Source: Thermoprotei archaeon | GTDB lineage: Archaea > Thermoproteota > Thermoprotei > Thermofilales > B15-G2 | DNA length: 55,542 nt | Assembly (NCBI GenBank): GCA_003650815.1 | Contig: QMSB01000002.1 | Location: 1-55,542 of the forward strand | Direction: 5' to 3' | Shown here: positions 41,580 to 50,942 of the stretch, piece by piece | Layout of the letters: each line of letters opens with the position of its first letter | Numbering within the stretch: position 1 is the first letter of the stretch | Program-made: the position numbers and the translations under genes | Notes under the pieces: model-generated | Told to the model about the DNA's origin: nothing | Seen by the model: the letters and a program-made list of their open reading frames with translations, nothing else | Database searches by the model: none

Positions 41580-41763
41580 AATATACGAGTGAAGAAAATT
41601 ATGGTAGATTTAAACTTTTCTGTTAACCACTTCCTTAAGCGGGTTACTGACATGACCTGATGCCTTAGTGCTCTACTAGTGTCTTAGGCGAAGGTCTTTA
41701 ATAGTACTTAGAGAACTTAGATTAATGAATCATTAATGAATATTACTGAAAGAGGGGATATCT

Positions 41764-42624
41764 ATGAAGCTGGCGCCATATGTAAGGTTAACTCGCCTCG
41801 AACATGGATTTCTAAGTGTAATCGGAGTCTTGGCAGGAATGATAGCTAATGATATAAGTCACGCGCAGTCTATTCAATGGGTTTTAGCAGTTCTCGTACC
41901 ACTTCTTACTGAAGCAGGGCTTTTTGCACTAAACGATTATTTTAACATAGAGGAAGATAAAATAAATGCCCCAAATAGACCTTTAGTTACTGGCGAAATA
42001 CCAGAACGTCACGCACTTCTCCTAGGTCTAGTCTCTTTAAGTCTAGCGTATATCTTTTCGTTAGCCGCCCTGCTTATTAATAAAATAGACTCCGTTTTAC
42101 TGATTACACTGATTATCTTATCAGGCGTACTCTATGATGTAAAAATAAAAAGGCTAGGATTTCTCGGAAACTTAGTAGTGTCATTCTCTACTGCGTCAAC
42201 TTTTCTCTACGGAGGCTTACTAGTAAGGAGAATTTATCAGATAAATACTGCTACATGGATTATTTTCATCACTGCTTTTACCTCATGTCTAGGGAGAGAG
42301 ATTCTAAAGGGTATTAGGGACTACGAGGGCGATAAGAAAGCAGGAGTAATTACATTGGCTGTCAAGTATGGCTTAAATACAGCTACGCACATAGCTGGCG
42401 CATTAATAGTCATAGCCATAGCTGCAGCTCTATCTAATACACTATTTGTGAAAAACTCTTTGGCATACCTGCTTTTCGTAACTCCAGCCGTAATTTTGTT
42501 CCTACTTTCGGTAAAAATGGTTGCAAAAGCGCCTGAAAACGTTGAGCTATCTGAGAAAGCTAGGAAGTATACCCTTTATGCGATGGGACTAGGACTAATA
42601 GCCTTTCTACTAGGAACTATATAG
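41764..42624 (+). CDS. UbiA-family prenyltransferase, likely digeranylgeranylglyceryl phosphate synthase
   Basis: NDYFNIEEDKINAPNRPL..G, REILKGIRDYEGD, multiple TM helices. Confidence 0.88.
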   Translation: MKLAPYVRLTRLEHGFLSVIGVLAGMIANDISHAQSIQWVLAVLVPLLTEAGLFALNDYFNIEEDKINAPNRPLVTGEIPERHALLLGLVSLSLAYIFSLAALLINKIDSVLLITLIILSGVLYDVKIKRLGFLGNLVVSFSTASTFLYGGLLVRRIYQINTATWIIFITAFTSCLGREILKGIRDYEGDKKAGVITLAVKYGLNTATHIAGALIVIAIAAALSNTLFVKNSLAYLLFVTPAVILFLLSVKMVAKAPENVELSEKARKYTLYAMGLGLIAFLLGTI

Positions 42625-42625
42625 G

Positions 42626-43033
42626 CTATTTCAGTGGCACATACATGCTGGATCTTGTTGCTTTGAGTCCTGGTTCTCCGTGTTCAACCTTCTTTGTCGT
42701 TAACGCAAATTCGCCCAAATAATGTCCTATCATTTCAGGGGTTATAGTAACTGGAACATACTCTTTACCATTATAGACGCCGATAGTCACGCCTACCATT
42801 TCTGGGAGAATTATTATGTCCCGTTCATGAGTTTTTATGAAAACCTTCTTGCCTTCTTTCATAAGTTTTTTCGCTTTGCGTATCTTCTCTAAAAGTCTTC
42901 TTTTCTCGTAAGATAGTCCTCTAAGTAGGCTTCTTCGCTGTCTAGCTGGCAGTAGCTTTATGAATTCATCCATAGGCATTTTTAATAGCTCCTCAAACGT
43001 ATATCCTCGGTATCTGAATTCCCTAAAGCTCAT
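42626..43033 (-). CDS. rps19: Ribosomal protein uS19
   Basis: [30 protein letters not shown]. Confidence 0.97.
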   Translation of the reverse strand: MSFREFRYRGYTFEELLKMPMDEFIKLLPARQRRSLLRGLSYEKRRLLEKIRKAKKLMKEGKKVFIKTHERDIIILPEMVGVTIGVYNGKEYVPVTITPEMIGHYLGEFALTTKKVEHGEPGLKATRSSMYVPLK

Positions 43034-43166
43034 AGTCTTTATTCTCTCTGAGGTCTCAGTTATAAATGTTTCTCGAGAAAATCTCTGCTTTTAGTTTGAG
43101 AAAAGTTAATAATAGTTCATTAAAATGATTGTGCCTCTTTGAATGCTGTTTTATAATGATAGTAGA

Positions 43167-43889
43167 CTATCCCTTCCTTCTACCAGTTCTTCTAGGAGCT
43201 ATATGACCTACTTTTTGCCCAGGAGGCGCTGTTCGAGGAACTGGTGTGCCGCCCTTTGGATGAGCTCCTCCGCCGTGTGGATGAGCATATGCTCCCATGG
43301 CTTTTCCTCTGACTACTGGATACTTCCAAGCCTTTGATCGAGAGAGATGATATTTTTTGCCAGCTTTTAGAAACGGTTTCTCTGTTCTTCCTCCAGCTGC
43401 CACAACCCCTATAGTTGCTCTGCATCTGACATTGACTTCTTTAGTCTTTCCAGAGGGAAGTTGTATTAGAGCTTTCTTACCGCTCTTTGCGAGAAGAATA
43501 GCGTAAGTCCCGCTGGACCTAGCTATTTTTCCGCCGTCTCCTGGATTAAGCTCTATATTACATATTTTTGTTCCCTCAGGAATAGCACTTAGAGGAAGGA
43601 TATTGCCTCTGCGTGGAGCCGCCCTTTCGCCGTACTCTATTATCTGCCCTACATAAAGCCCTTCAACGGCTACCGTAAGCATCTCGCTTTTATCTTCGAA
43701 AACTATTTTAGCTAGTGGAGCCCCTCTGCCAGGATCATGAAGAAGATCGATTACCTTTCCTCTTAAGACACCCTTAAGCTCTTCTTCACGATATACTCTG
43801 TACTTAGCTGGCCCCACTTTTTTCCATCCTGGATATCTAAATACAGACCCTCCACGTCCTCTTCTCTGAACGAGTAATCTCTTACCCAT
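43167..43889 (-). CDS. rpl2: Ribosomal protein uL2
   Basis: MGKRL..QRRGRG, HDPGRGAP, HPHGGG. Confidence 0.98.
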   Translation of the reverse strand: MGKRLLVQRRGRGGSVFRYPGWKKVGPAKYRVYREEELKGVLRGKVIDLLHDPGRGAPLAKIVFEDKSEMLTVAVEGLYVGQIIEYGERAAPRRGNILPLSAIPEGTKICNIELNPGDGGKIARSSGTYAILLAKSGKKALIQLPSGKTKEVNVRCRATIGVVAAGGRTEKPFLKAGKKYHLSRSKAWKYPVVRGKAMGAYAHPHGGGAHPKGGTPVPRTAPPGQKVGHIAPRRTGRRKG

Positions 43890-43900
43890 TTATATCACCC

Positions 43901-44182
43901 CTATAGGAGACCTAATCTTGAGGCTATTTCTTCTGCGCTATACTCGGGTGCAAGTTTTACATAAGCTTTTTTCTCTCCCTCAGGTGTTATGAGAGTGTTC
44001 ACTTTGATAACTTTTACCTCAAACATTTTTTCGACAGCTTCTTTTATTTGATGTTTTGTAGCTTTTCTGTCCACTATAAATACTAGGGTGTTTTCCTGTT
44101 CTACTTTTGATAGAGCCTTTTCCGTCATGAGCGGTCTTATTATTATAGAATAATAGTCGAGAATCATTTTTACCAGCCTCAC
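43901..44182 (-). CDS. rpl23: Ribosomal protein uL23
   Basis: [25 protein letters not shown]. Confidence 0.96.
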   Translation of the reverse strand: MRLVKMILDYYSIIIRPLMTEKALSKVEQENTLVFIVDRKATKHQIKEAVEKMFEVKVIKVNTLITPEGEKKAYVKLAPEYSAEEIASRLGLL

Positions 44183-44976
44183 GTTATTTCAAATAATACT
44201 TGATCCAGTCTCTCCTTATACTTCTCTTCTAATAAAGTTATAGCTGATTTCGTCCATAGAGTTAAGCGTCCGGAGTGTCCTCCGGGAGCTAGATGCATTG
44301 TACTAAGCTGGTCTACTGTCACAATATCTACACCGGGTAAGTTCCTCGCCGCCTTGATGATAGGTGCTGCTTGCGGTATTACTATTAGCACGCTCTTAGG
44401 CTTCTTATATCTTCGACCTCGCATTTTTCCCTTTCCCGCTCTTATTTTAATGCCTTTTTTAGCTCGCTCTACGTCTTCCCATAATCCCAGTCTTTTGAAA
44501 ACTTCACGCACATCCTTCGTTTTCTCAAGCTGAATTATATCATCTACCACTATCAGCGGAATGCTAGGAACTTTTTCTATTCTATGTCCACGAGCCTCGA
44601 CAAGCTCTCTTTTAGCTGTACTAGCTATAGCTGATAGTATAGCGAGTTGTCGTTCCTTTTTATTGATCTCCTCGTGAATCACTTTATCTACTACGGGTGG
44701 ATGCGCTCTTCTACCCTTTACAGTCATTGGAGCAAAAGCTGCTCTTGAAGACCCCTTTATTCTTGGAACACGAGCAACACCGTAGCCAACTCCCCAGCTT
44801 TCGGCAGTAGTCCTTTTACCTGCCATAGGATCTCTTCCTTGAGGCTGTATTCTAGCTGTTAGTGCAGAAAGAAGATCTCTCCTTATTATATCCACTCTTA
44901 TGGGAACATTAAATACCTTGGGGAAATCTATTTCTTCGCAGACTTTTCCTTCTAAGTCGTATACAGGAACTTTCAT
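44179..44976 (-). CDS. rpl4: Ribosomal protein uL4
   Basis: [28 protein letters not shown]. Confidence 0.97.
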   Translation of the reverse strand: MKVPVYDLEGKVCEEIDFPKVFNVPIRVDIIRRDLLSALTARIQPQGRDPMAGKRTTAESWGVGYGVARVPRIKGSSRAAFAPMTVKGRRAHPPVVDKVIHEEINKKERQLAILSAIASTAKRELVEARGHRIEKVPSIPLIVVDDIIQLEKTKDVREVFKRLGLWEDVERAKKGIKIRAGKGKMRGRRYKKPKSVLIVIPQAAPIIKAARNLPGVDIVTVDQLSTMHLAPGGHSGRLTLWTKSAITLLEEKYKERLDQVLFEIT

Positions 44977-44986
44977 TATAGCTCAC

Positions 44987-46081
44987 CTACACGTGGATAT
45001 ACACTATTTCTGGGGCCTCCTGTACAGGAGGTAAGCCTATTGGTCTTACTGGATACCTGATTTTGATTAACCGCTTTACGGGTCCTGGTACAGTTCCTTC
45101 GATTAAAATGAAGTCGTTTTTTAGAACACCGTAGTGCTTTAATCCTCCTTTTGGAACTACATTAAAGTCATTCAAGTTCTCTTTAAGAACTATCTTCAGT
45201 ATTCTCTTATTATATTCTGTCCTTTGATGGAATCCCATCTGACCGGCTCTCGGAATTCTGAACATTACTCCTGGTTTTTGTGGTCCTATGCTTCCTGTTC
45301 GCCTATGTCCTTTTCTATGCTTATGCCATCTTGGAAGAATCTTTACACCGAATCTCTTTATAACTCCTTGAGTGCCCTTGCCTTTAGTTACTGCAATAAC
45401 GTCTACAAATTGACCTTCCTTAAAGACATCAGTTACCCTCAGCTCTTTACCTATTTTCTTAATAGCATATTCTAGTGCTTTAATAGGATCCCCGCCTATA
45501 TTAATTTCAAATACTTCGGGTTTCTTTTTGCCTATTGTAGTCAGCCTCGGCTGAGCCGCTACAATTAGCCTAACGCTAGCTATTTTATCTTTAACGGATT
45601 CTATCTTCTTTAACTGCTCTTCAAAACGCTTTTGTGCTTCTTCTTTAATTTTTTCATCAGCTTTAATTTCCTTTTCAATTTTCTCCCTCCCCTTTTCTTT
45701 TCTGATTTTTATTCTGTAAAATATTGCTGCTTTAGGTACTGTGAACTTTCTCTTAAGGTCTTCAGGCAGCTCTTTGCTCCATACCTCTCCTAGACACTTA
45801 TAGCCATAAGGAGTTTTTTCATATACCCTTATGCCACAGATTAATAAAGGAGGACACTCAACAATAGTTACGGCTTTCGCTACCTCTTTTCCAAAGAATG
45901 GATGGTTTGGATTATTCTCTCTGTAAATAACATGAGTCATACCCGCCTTATATCCTGCGAAAGCTAATGGAATAGTTTCAGATATTTTAGGCCATCGTCT
46001 TATTCTCGCTACTATACTTTTAGCTCTAACTCTAGGATAAACCCCTATTGATCCTCTACGCGGTCTGTGATCTTTGACCAT
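44987..46081 (-). CDS. rpl3: Ribosomal protein uL3
   Basis: RPRRGS, GYKAGMTH, VTKGKG.QG, GQMGFHQRTEYNK. Confidence 0.97.
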   Translation of the reverse strand: MVKDHRPRRGSIGVYPRVRAKSIVARIRRWPKISETIPLAFAGYKAGMTHVIYRENNPNHPFFGKEVAKAVTIVECPPLLICGIRVYEKTPYGYKCLGEVWSKELPEDLKRKFTVPKAAIFYRIKIRKEKGREKIEKEIKADEKIKEEAQKRFEEQLKKIESVKDKIASVRLIVAAQPRLTTIGKKKPEVFEINIGGDPIKALEYAIKKIGKELRVTDVFKEGQFVDVIAVTKGKGTQGVIKRFGVKILPRWHKHRKGHRRTGSIGPQKPGVMFRIPRAGQMGFHQRTEYNKRILKIVLKENLNDFNVVPKGGLKHYGVLKNDFILIEGTVPGPVKRLIKIRYPVRPIGLPPVQEAPEIVYIHV

Positions 46082-46268
46082 TCTAATCCCCTTAGCTAGC
46101 TGAAGTGAGAAAATATCAGGATGGTAATAAATATTTTGCCTTCAGACCTCTCAACGCCTTAACTCATCTTGAACATACTCACTACTGAGCTTCTCCTGAC
46201 ATATGTTTATTTCATTACTTTAAATAAAATATCTGTTTTACAATCTTAATGACAATTATATTAAATTT

Positions 46269-47114
46269 TCATATAATATTTAATATTGATAAGACTATTA
46301 ATACAGCTTCCTCTGTCCTAATAGTCTTTGTTCCCTGGAAAGGAGCGAAATTTACTATGTAATCACAAACTCTATCAGGATCTGCTCCTTCCTCACGGAA
46401 AATCTCGTATATACCCCTCTTAGGTCCTCCAAAGAGAACTAAGAGATCTAATGCTTTATTCAGTTTTTGCTTTAATTCCGAAATTATAGTAGTAATAAAA
46501 ACGCCGTGCCGTGAGGTGCCAATGACTAGACCCGCCTTGCTTTTCTTGATAGCGTCTAAAAGACTATCTGCCCTCACTACTTTATATCCCCAATATATGG
46601 GGACCTCCTCTCTCTTAATGATTTTTTTAGCAGACACGTCTACTGTAACTCTTTTCATTACGTGAGAAGAATTAAATTCGCAGACTAGCGGGTAATCTAA
46701 ACCTATATCGACAATGGCTTTACCTCTCTTCGAATCCCATTTAATGATAATGCCTTCACGATATTCACGACCCCTTACCATAATTCTCTCAGATTTAAGT
46801 GGATGATGAGGAGTTCTTAGCGGAGGAAGTATGCCCACATACCTTAGGCTTTTATTACGCAATATAAGATATTTTCTTAAATATTGTGGACACTCCATGT
46901 ACTCAAGAATTTTAATTATTAAATCTTGGTTTTGTAGAGATTTTTCTCCTTCTCTATAAACGTAGATCTTATCTACTCTGAATATGGCTGCAGCTCTACC
47001 TATCAATCCTATTTTCGCAGTCTTTTCTCTTAAGCTTTGAGCTTCGCTGATGAGTGATGAAGGAATAGCTATAGACCAGCAGGGTCTTGTTCTTCTCGGT
47101 GGATATTTTGTCAT
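46269..47114 (-). CDS. SPOUT RNA methyltransferase (DUF171 type)
   Basis: IAIPSS, RAAAIFRV, PQYLRK, LPPLRTPHH, Q.TKTIRTEEA. Confidence 0.92.
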   Translation of the reverse strand: MTKYPPRRTRPCWSIAIPSSLISEAQSLREKTAKIGLIGRAAAIFRVDKIYVYREGEKSLQNQDLIIKILEYMECPQYLRKYLILRNKSLRYVGILPPLRTPHHPLKSERIMVRGREYREGIIIKWDSKRGKAIVDIGLDYPLVCEFNSSHVMKRVTVDVSAKKIIKREEVPIYWGYKVVRADSLLDAIKKSKAGLVIGTSRHGVFITTIISELKQKLNKALDLLVLFGGPKRGIYEIFREEGADPDRVCDYIVNFAPFQGTKTIRTEEAVLIVLSILNII

Positions 47115-47122
47115 CTACTTAA

Positions 47123-47239
47123 CTATCTTCTTTTACTCTTCTTTCGTTTCTCTTTACTTTTACCTCTTTTCTTCGACTCTTCTTTACTTTCGGATTTTTC
47201 TACGTCAAAGAATATAGAAGTTCTCTGTCTACCCCCCAT
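47123..47239 (-). CDS. 38-aa highly basic small protein (not in ORF track)
   Basis: MGGRQRTSIFFDVEKSESKEESKKRGKSKEKRKKSKRR; stop 8 nt before the next ATG. Confidence 0.55.
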   Translation of the reverse strand: MGGRQRTSIFFDVEKSESKEESKKRGKSKEKRKKSKRR

Positions 47240-47275
47240 ATTCCCAGAACTACTTAAGTGAAGACCTTAATTAAT

Positions 47276-47488
47276 TTAACTTCTTACCCTCCAATAAGCA
47301 ACTTTTCCTCGTTTAATTTCCTCAATAAATCCCTCCTTTTCTAAAAGCCTTAATATATAGAATACTTGTGAATGAGAAAGTCCTACTCTTTTCACTATTT
47401 CTGATGTAGGTAGCTCTCTTTCGGCTTTAATTAGCTCATAAATAGTCTTTTTTCTCTCTTTAACAAATTCTGTAGTCCTCCGGGGCAT
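47276..47488 (-). CDS. Small winged-helix DNA-binding protein
   Basis: TSEIVKRVGLSHSQVFYILRLLEKEG.I...RGKVAYW. Confidence 0.85.
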   Translation of the reverse strand: MPRRTTEFVKERKKTIYELIKAERELPTSEIVKRVGLSHSQVFYILRLLEKEGFIEEIKRGKVAYWRVRS

Positions 47489-47594
47489 GTTGCATATTAC
47501 GCAGAGATATAATTTATAATTTATGTCTTCAAAGGTTTGCACTTCAGCATCAACTATGAAAGTACTGCGCTATCAAGACTATGTTAAGGCATAG

Positions 47595-49028
47595 TTAACT
47601 TTTGAGCAATTTTCTGAGCAGCGGATAGGCTTCCAATGCTCTCTCCTGGGCAATTATTCCCTGATATTGAACTAGTATTCCTGCTAATAGCAGTATGCCT
47701 ATACCAGATCCTATGACACCTAAAATGTCTCCAAGGACGCTTATTATAGCTACTATAATTGAGCTAAGAACTGTTAGTATAGGGATGTACTTTCTGAGAA
47801 GGTTAGCAATAATTCTCGAAGAGAGCCTAAATCCACGGATTTGCATACCTGCACTCACGAGCTGTTCTGCTTGAGACTTGGGATCCATTCCTGTTAGCTC
47901 TACCCACAGCATACCGAAGAGCATACAGAAGCCTATTGTTATTAATGCATATAGCGCTACATGAATAGGATCGTTTATTAAGGACTCTATCCCTCGTGGC
48001 GGTGTTATGTAGTAGACTAGACAGCCTGGGAGAGGCACTATTCTACCATCTTTTATCTCAAATTTTGCGAGTAAATTTAACCACTCGTTACTATTATCTC
48101 TGTTAAATCTAGACCAGATGATTTGAGAAAACATGTATATGTCTGTGTACAATATGCTTGCAAAGATCAGTGGAATTATTGATACGTATAGGAATTTAAA
48201 TGGAATCTTTGCCTTTAATCCTCGGTACTTCGCTAATGATACGCCTACTTCTACCTGCATATTCTCCATGTATATGATTAACACAAAGAATGCTATCATT
48301 GAAATGAGCCCTATCAAGTCCGGTAGTCCTCTTCTAGATATAACAGTGAGTAAAATCTCCCAGTTACCTGTGCTAGTTGCATTGAGTAGAGCAACACTTA
48401 GTGCTGGCACCACTCCTAGAGGTAATCCATCGAAGGGACCTACTGGCGAGAAAACTTGCCAGAAAACTTGCTGAGCTATTCCAGCGGCAATAAATAAGTT
48501 TACCCCACTTCCTATTCCCCATCCCTTCTGTATCATTTCATCCATCAGTATTACAGCAATAGAGGCAAATAGTAGTTGAGTGAAAACTATAGCAGCTACA
48601 TTAGGTGAGAGATAACCATAGCTCCCTCCGAGTATAAAAGCCAAGGCCTCGACAGCGGCAAAAATTATTGCTAGTAATTTTTGAGCTCCTGTGAAGAAAG
48701 ACCTATCTTCAGGCTTTGACAGATCTAGCTCTAATATTTTGCTTCCCACGAGTAACTCTAAAATGATCCCGCTAGTCACTATTGGGCCTATTCCTAACTC
48801 AGCTAATGTCCCCTTTCTCGACGCTAAGATTATTCTAAAGAAGAATAGCTCTTCAAATCCTCCTCGCCCATAAGGTATTCCGTAAAGCGGCACTTCACAC
48901 ATTATAAGGTAAACAATAACAACTAGTGCTGACCAAAATAATTTCTCTTTCAGTGAAACTGGCCTACGCGGTCTTGGAACCTCTGGTAGAATCGTAAATA
49001 TAGGTTGTAGCGCGTTTTTTATAGACAT
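47595..49028 (-). CDS. secY: Preprotein translocase SecY
   Basis: GTLAELGIGPIVTSGII, KGWGIGSGVNLFI, about 10 TM helices. Confidence 0.98.
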   Translation of the reverse strand: MSIKNALQPIFTILPEVPRPRRPVSLKEKLFWSALVVIVYLIMCEVPLYGIPYGRGGFEELFFFRIILASRKGTLAELGIGPIVTSGIILELLVGSKILELDLSKPEDRSFFTGAQKLLAIIFAAVEALAFILGGSYGYLSPNVAAIVFTQLLFASIAVILMDEMIQKGWGIGSGVNLFIAAGIAQQVFWQVFSPVGPFDGLPLGVVPALSVALLNATSTGNWEILLTVISRRGLPDLIGLISMIAFFVLIIYMENMQVEVGVSLAKYRGLKAKIPFKFLYVSIIPLIFASILYTDIYMFSQIIWSRFNRDNSNEWLNLLAKFEIKDGRIVPLPGCLVYYITPPRGIESLINDPIHVALYALITIGFCMLFGMLWVELTGMDPKSQAEQLVSAGMQIRGFRLSSRIIANLLRKYIPILTVLSSIIVAIISVLGDILGVIGSGIGILLLAGILVQYQGIIAQERALEAYPLLRKLLKS

Positions 49029-49043
49029 GAGCTCTCACCACTA

Positions 49044-49499
49044 TTAAGTAGATGCCTCGCTTAAAAGAATCACTTTACCCCCGGCACTCTCTACTTTCTT
49101 AACAGCTTTTTTAGATGCCTTTAAAGTTACTAAAATGACTGGTTTAGAGATATCGCCCTCTCCTAAAATCTTATTATAACCTAATTTTGTGAGATCAACG
49201 TAATATTTCTTATCTCTTATCTCCACTAATCCCTTCTCGACTAAATTGTCGAGAATAGAGTCCAGGTCTTTTAAGTTAATAGCTCTTATTTCAGGCTTTA
49301 TAGCTGGAGGTCTAGTGAAGCCGTGTTTTCCATACCAGCCAGGAGCATACTTAATGACCCAAGTCCACATGTGTTTGTGAAAACCAGCGTGTCCTCTACC
49401 TCCTCTACCACCACTTTTTCTATGTTGCCCTACTCTACCCCATCCGTGAGTTCTCCAGCCCCTCAAACTTCTAGACTTCTTCTTTCTCCTGACTACCAT
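49044..49499 (-). CDS. rpl15: Ribosomal protein uL15
   Basis: RTHGWG..GQHRKSGGRGGRG, GKHGF, AVKKVESAGG. Confidence 0.97.
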   Translation of the reverse strand: MVVRRKKKSRSLRGWRTHGWGRVGQHRKSGGRGGRGHAGFHKHMWTWVIKYAPGWYGKHGFTRPPAIKPEIRAINLKDLDSILDNLVEKGLVEIRDKKYYVDLTKLGYNKILGEGDISKPVILVTLKASKKAVKKVESAGGKVILLSEAST

Positions 49500-49764
49500 T
49501 GAACCACCGTCTAAACTAAATCTGAAAGTAAGGCTCTTGCAGAGCTATATAGCTTTTTCGTAGTTCTCAGAAACGCTTGACCTAATACTTTTCCATAATC
49601 CTTTACCGGTAGGTGAAATAAAGACTACTTAAATTAACTGTTTTCGGAAGGTTCAATATCACTATTTGACTCTTGTTTCGGTTTTATTAAGATAAATACT
49701 TCTTGCTGTAACTCCTGAAAAATGTCACTGCGACTCTTCAGCTTGCAGCACTTCGAACTCTAGC

Positions 49765-49778
49765 GGAAAGTTTATAAA
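49765..49778 (+). promoter_or_regulatory. BRE/TATA promoter of rps5-rpl30
   Basis: GGAAAG-TTTATAAA about 46 nt upstream of ATG 49824; SD AGGTGA at 49813-49818. Confidence 0.7.
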
Positions 49779-49823
49779 CCTTAAGCATAAAGAGCCATAG
49801 TTGAACCACTTAAGGTGAATATT

Positions 49824-50461
49824 ATGAGCGCGCTAGACATGTGGGTTCCTAAGACAAAAGTAGGCAGACTGGTAAAAGAGGGGCGAATAACGTCAATAGA
49901 CGAGATATTCGAGCGAAACTGGCCTATCAAAGAGGTAGAGATAGTTGATACTCTTCTTCCTGACCTCAAACATGAAGTACTGAACATAAATTTAGTTCAG
50001 CGCCAGACGGATAGCCCGCAGTAGCGGGCCCGTAGGCTGGCGAAATAAGCAGATTTCAGGCTGTAGTAGCTGTCGGTAACGAAGACGGCTACGTAGGCGT
50101 CGGTGTAGGTAAAGCTAGGCAAGTGCGTCAGGCTATAGAGAAAGCTATACTAGATGCTAAGCTCAATATAATTCCTGTCAGAAGAGGATGTGGAAGCTGG
50201 GAGTGCCTTTGTAACACTCCTCATAGCGTTCCATTTAAAGTTCGTGGAAAGTGCGGCAGTGTCGAAATAATTCTAATTCCAGCTCCTAAAGGAGTAGGGC
50301 TTGTCGCCGGAGAGACTGCTAAAGCAATACTTAGACTAGCAGGTATTAAGGATGTATGGACAAGAACTAGAGGGGAGACAAGAACTACAATAAATTTCGC
50401 GAAAGCAACTTACGAGGCTCTTAAGAAGACATATGTCATCAAGACTCCCGACAGGTGGTAA
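49824..50461 (+). CDS. rps5: Ribosomal protein uS5, split gene: join(49824..50012,50036..50461), 204 aa after splicing
   Basis: Exon 1 [10 protein letters not shown]...NLVQRQTD; exon 2 [23 protein letters not shown]...RRGCGSWEC...TTINFAKAT. The exons are in frame only after removing 23 nt. Confidence 0.95.
50013..50035 (+). other. 23-nt bulge-helix-bulge (tRNA-type) intron in rps5 mRNA
   Basis: CGCCAG/CTGGCG outer helix; ACGG/CCGT 4-bp central helix; bulges ATA and AGG; GCCCGC-AGTA-GCGGGC intron hairpin. Cuts after the 2nd nt of each bulge restore the frame. Confidence 0.92.
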
Positions 50462-50465
50462 CACC

Positions 50466-50936
50466 TTGAGAAAAAGGCTAGTCGTAGTCAGAATTAGAGG
50501 CACTGTAGGTGTCCGTAGAGACGTAGAACACACGCTTAAACTACTGCGCCTCGTCAGAAAATTTCACGCTGTAGTAATAGACGATCGCCCGGACTACATG
50601 GGGATGCTCCAGAAAGTAAAGGACTACGTCACTTGGGGAGAGATCGACGCCGAGACTTTAGCAGAACTTCTTAGGAAAAGAGGGAGACTTACAGGAAATA
50701 AAAAGCTGTCTGAAGACATCGTTAAGGAACTAGGCTACGAGAGTATAGAAGATTTCGCTAAGGCAGTAATTGAGTTTAAAGCAGAGCTATCCGACATTCC
50801 AGGATTAAAGCCTATATTCAGACTTCATCCTCCTAAAGGAGGGTTCAAGAGAACTACAAAAAGAATGTATACTGATCGAGGAGAAACGGGCTATAGAGGA
50901 AAGGATATAAACGAGCTTCTACGCCGAATGATATAA
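50466..50936 (+). CDS. rpl30: Ribosomal protein uL30
   Basis: VVRIRG, TLKLLRL, GMLQKVKDYVTWGE, FRLHPPKGG; TTG start after AGGTGG. Confidence 0.96.
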   Translation: MRKRLVVVRIRGTVGVRRDVEHTLKLLRLVRKFHAVVIDDRPDYMGMLQKVKDYVTWGEIDAETLAELLRKRGRLTGNKKLSEDIVKELGYESIEDFAKAVIEFKAELSDIPGLKPIFRLHPPKGGFKRTTKRMYTDRGETGYRGKDINELLRRMI

Positions 50937-50942
50937 GTCAAT

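Noticed and set aside
49815..50461. rps5 as a pseudogene, sequencing frameshift or stop-codon readthrough (TAG 50022)
   Set aside because: uS5 is essential and both halves are intact. Readthrough would not restore the frame (23 nt), and a random error would not produce 16 perfect base pairs with canonical BHB cut sites.
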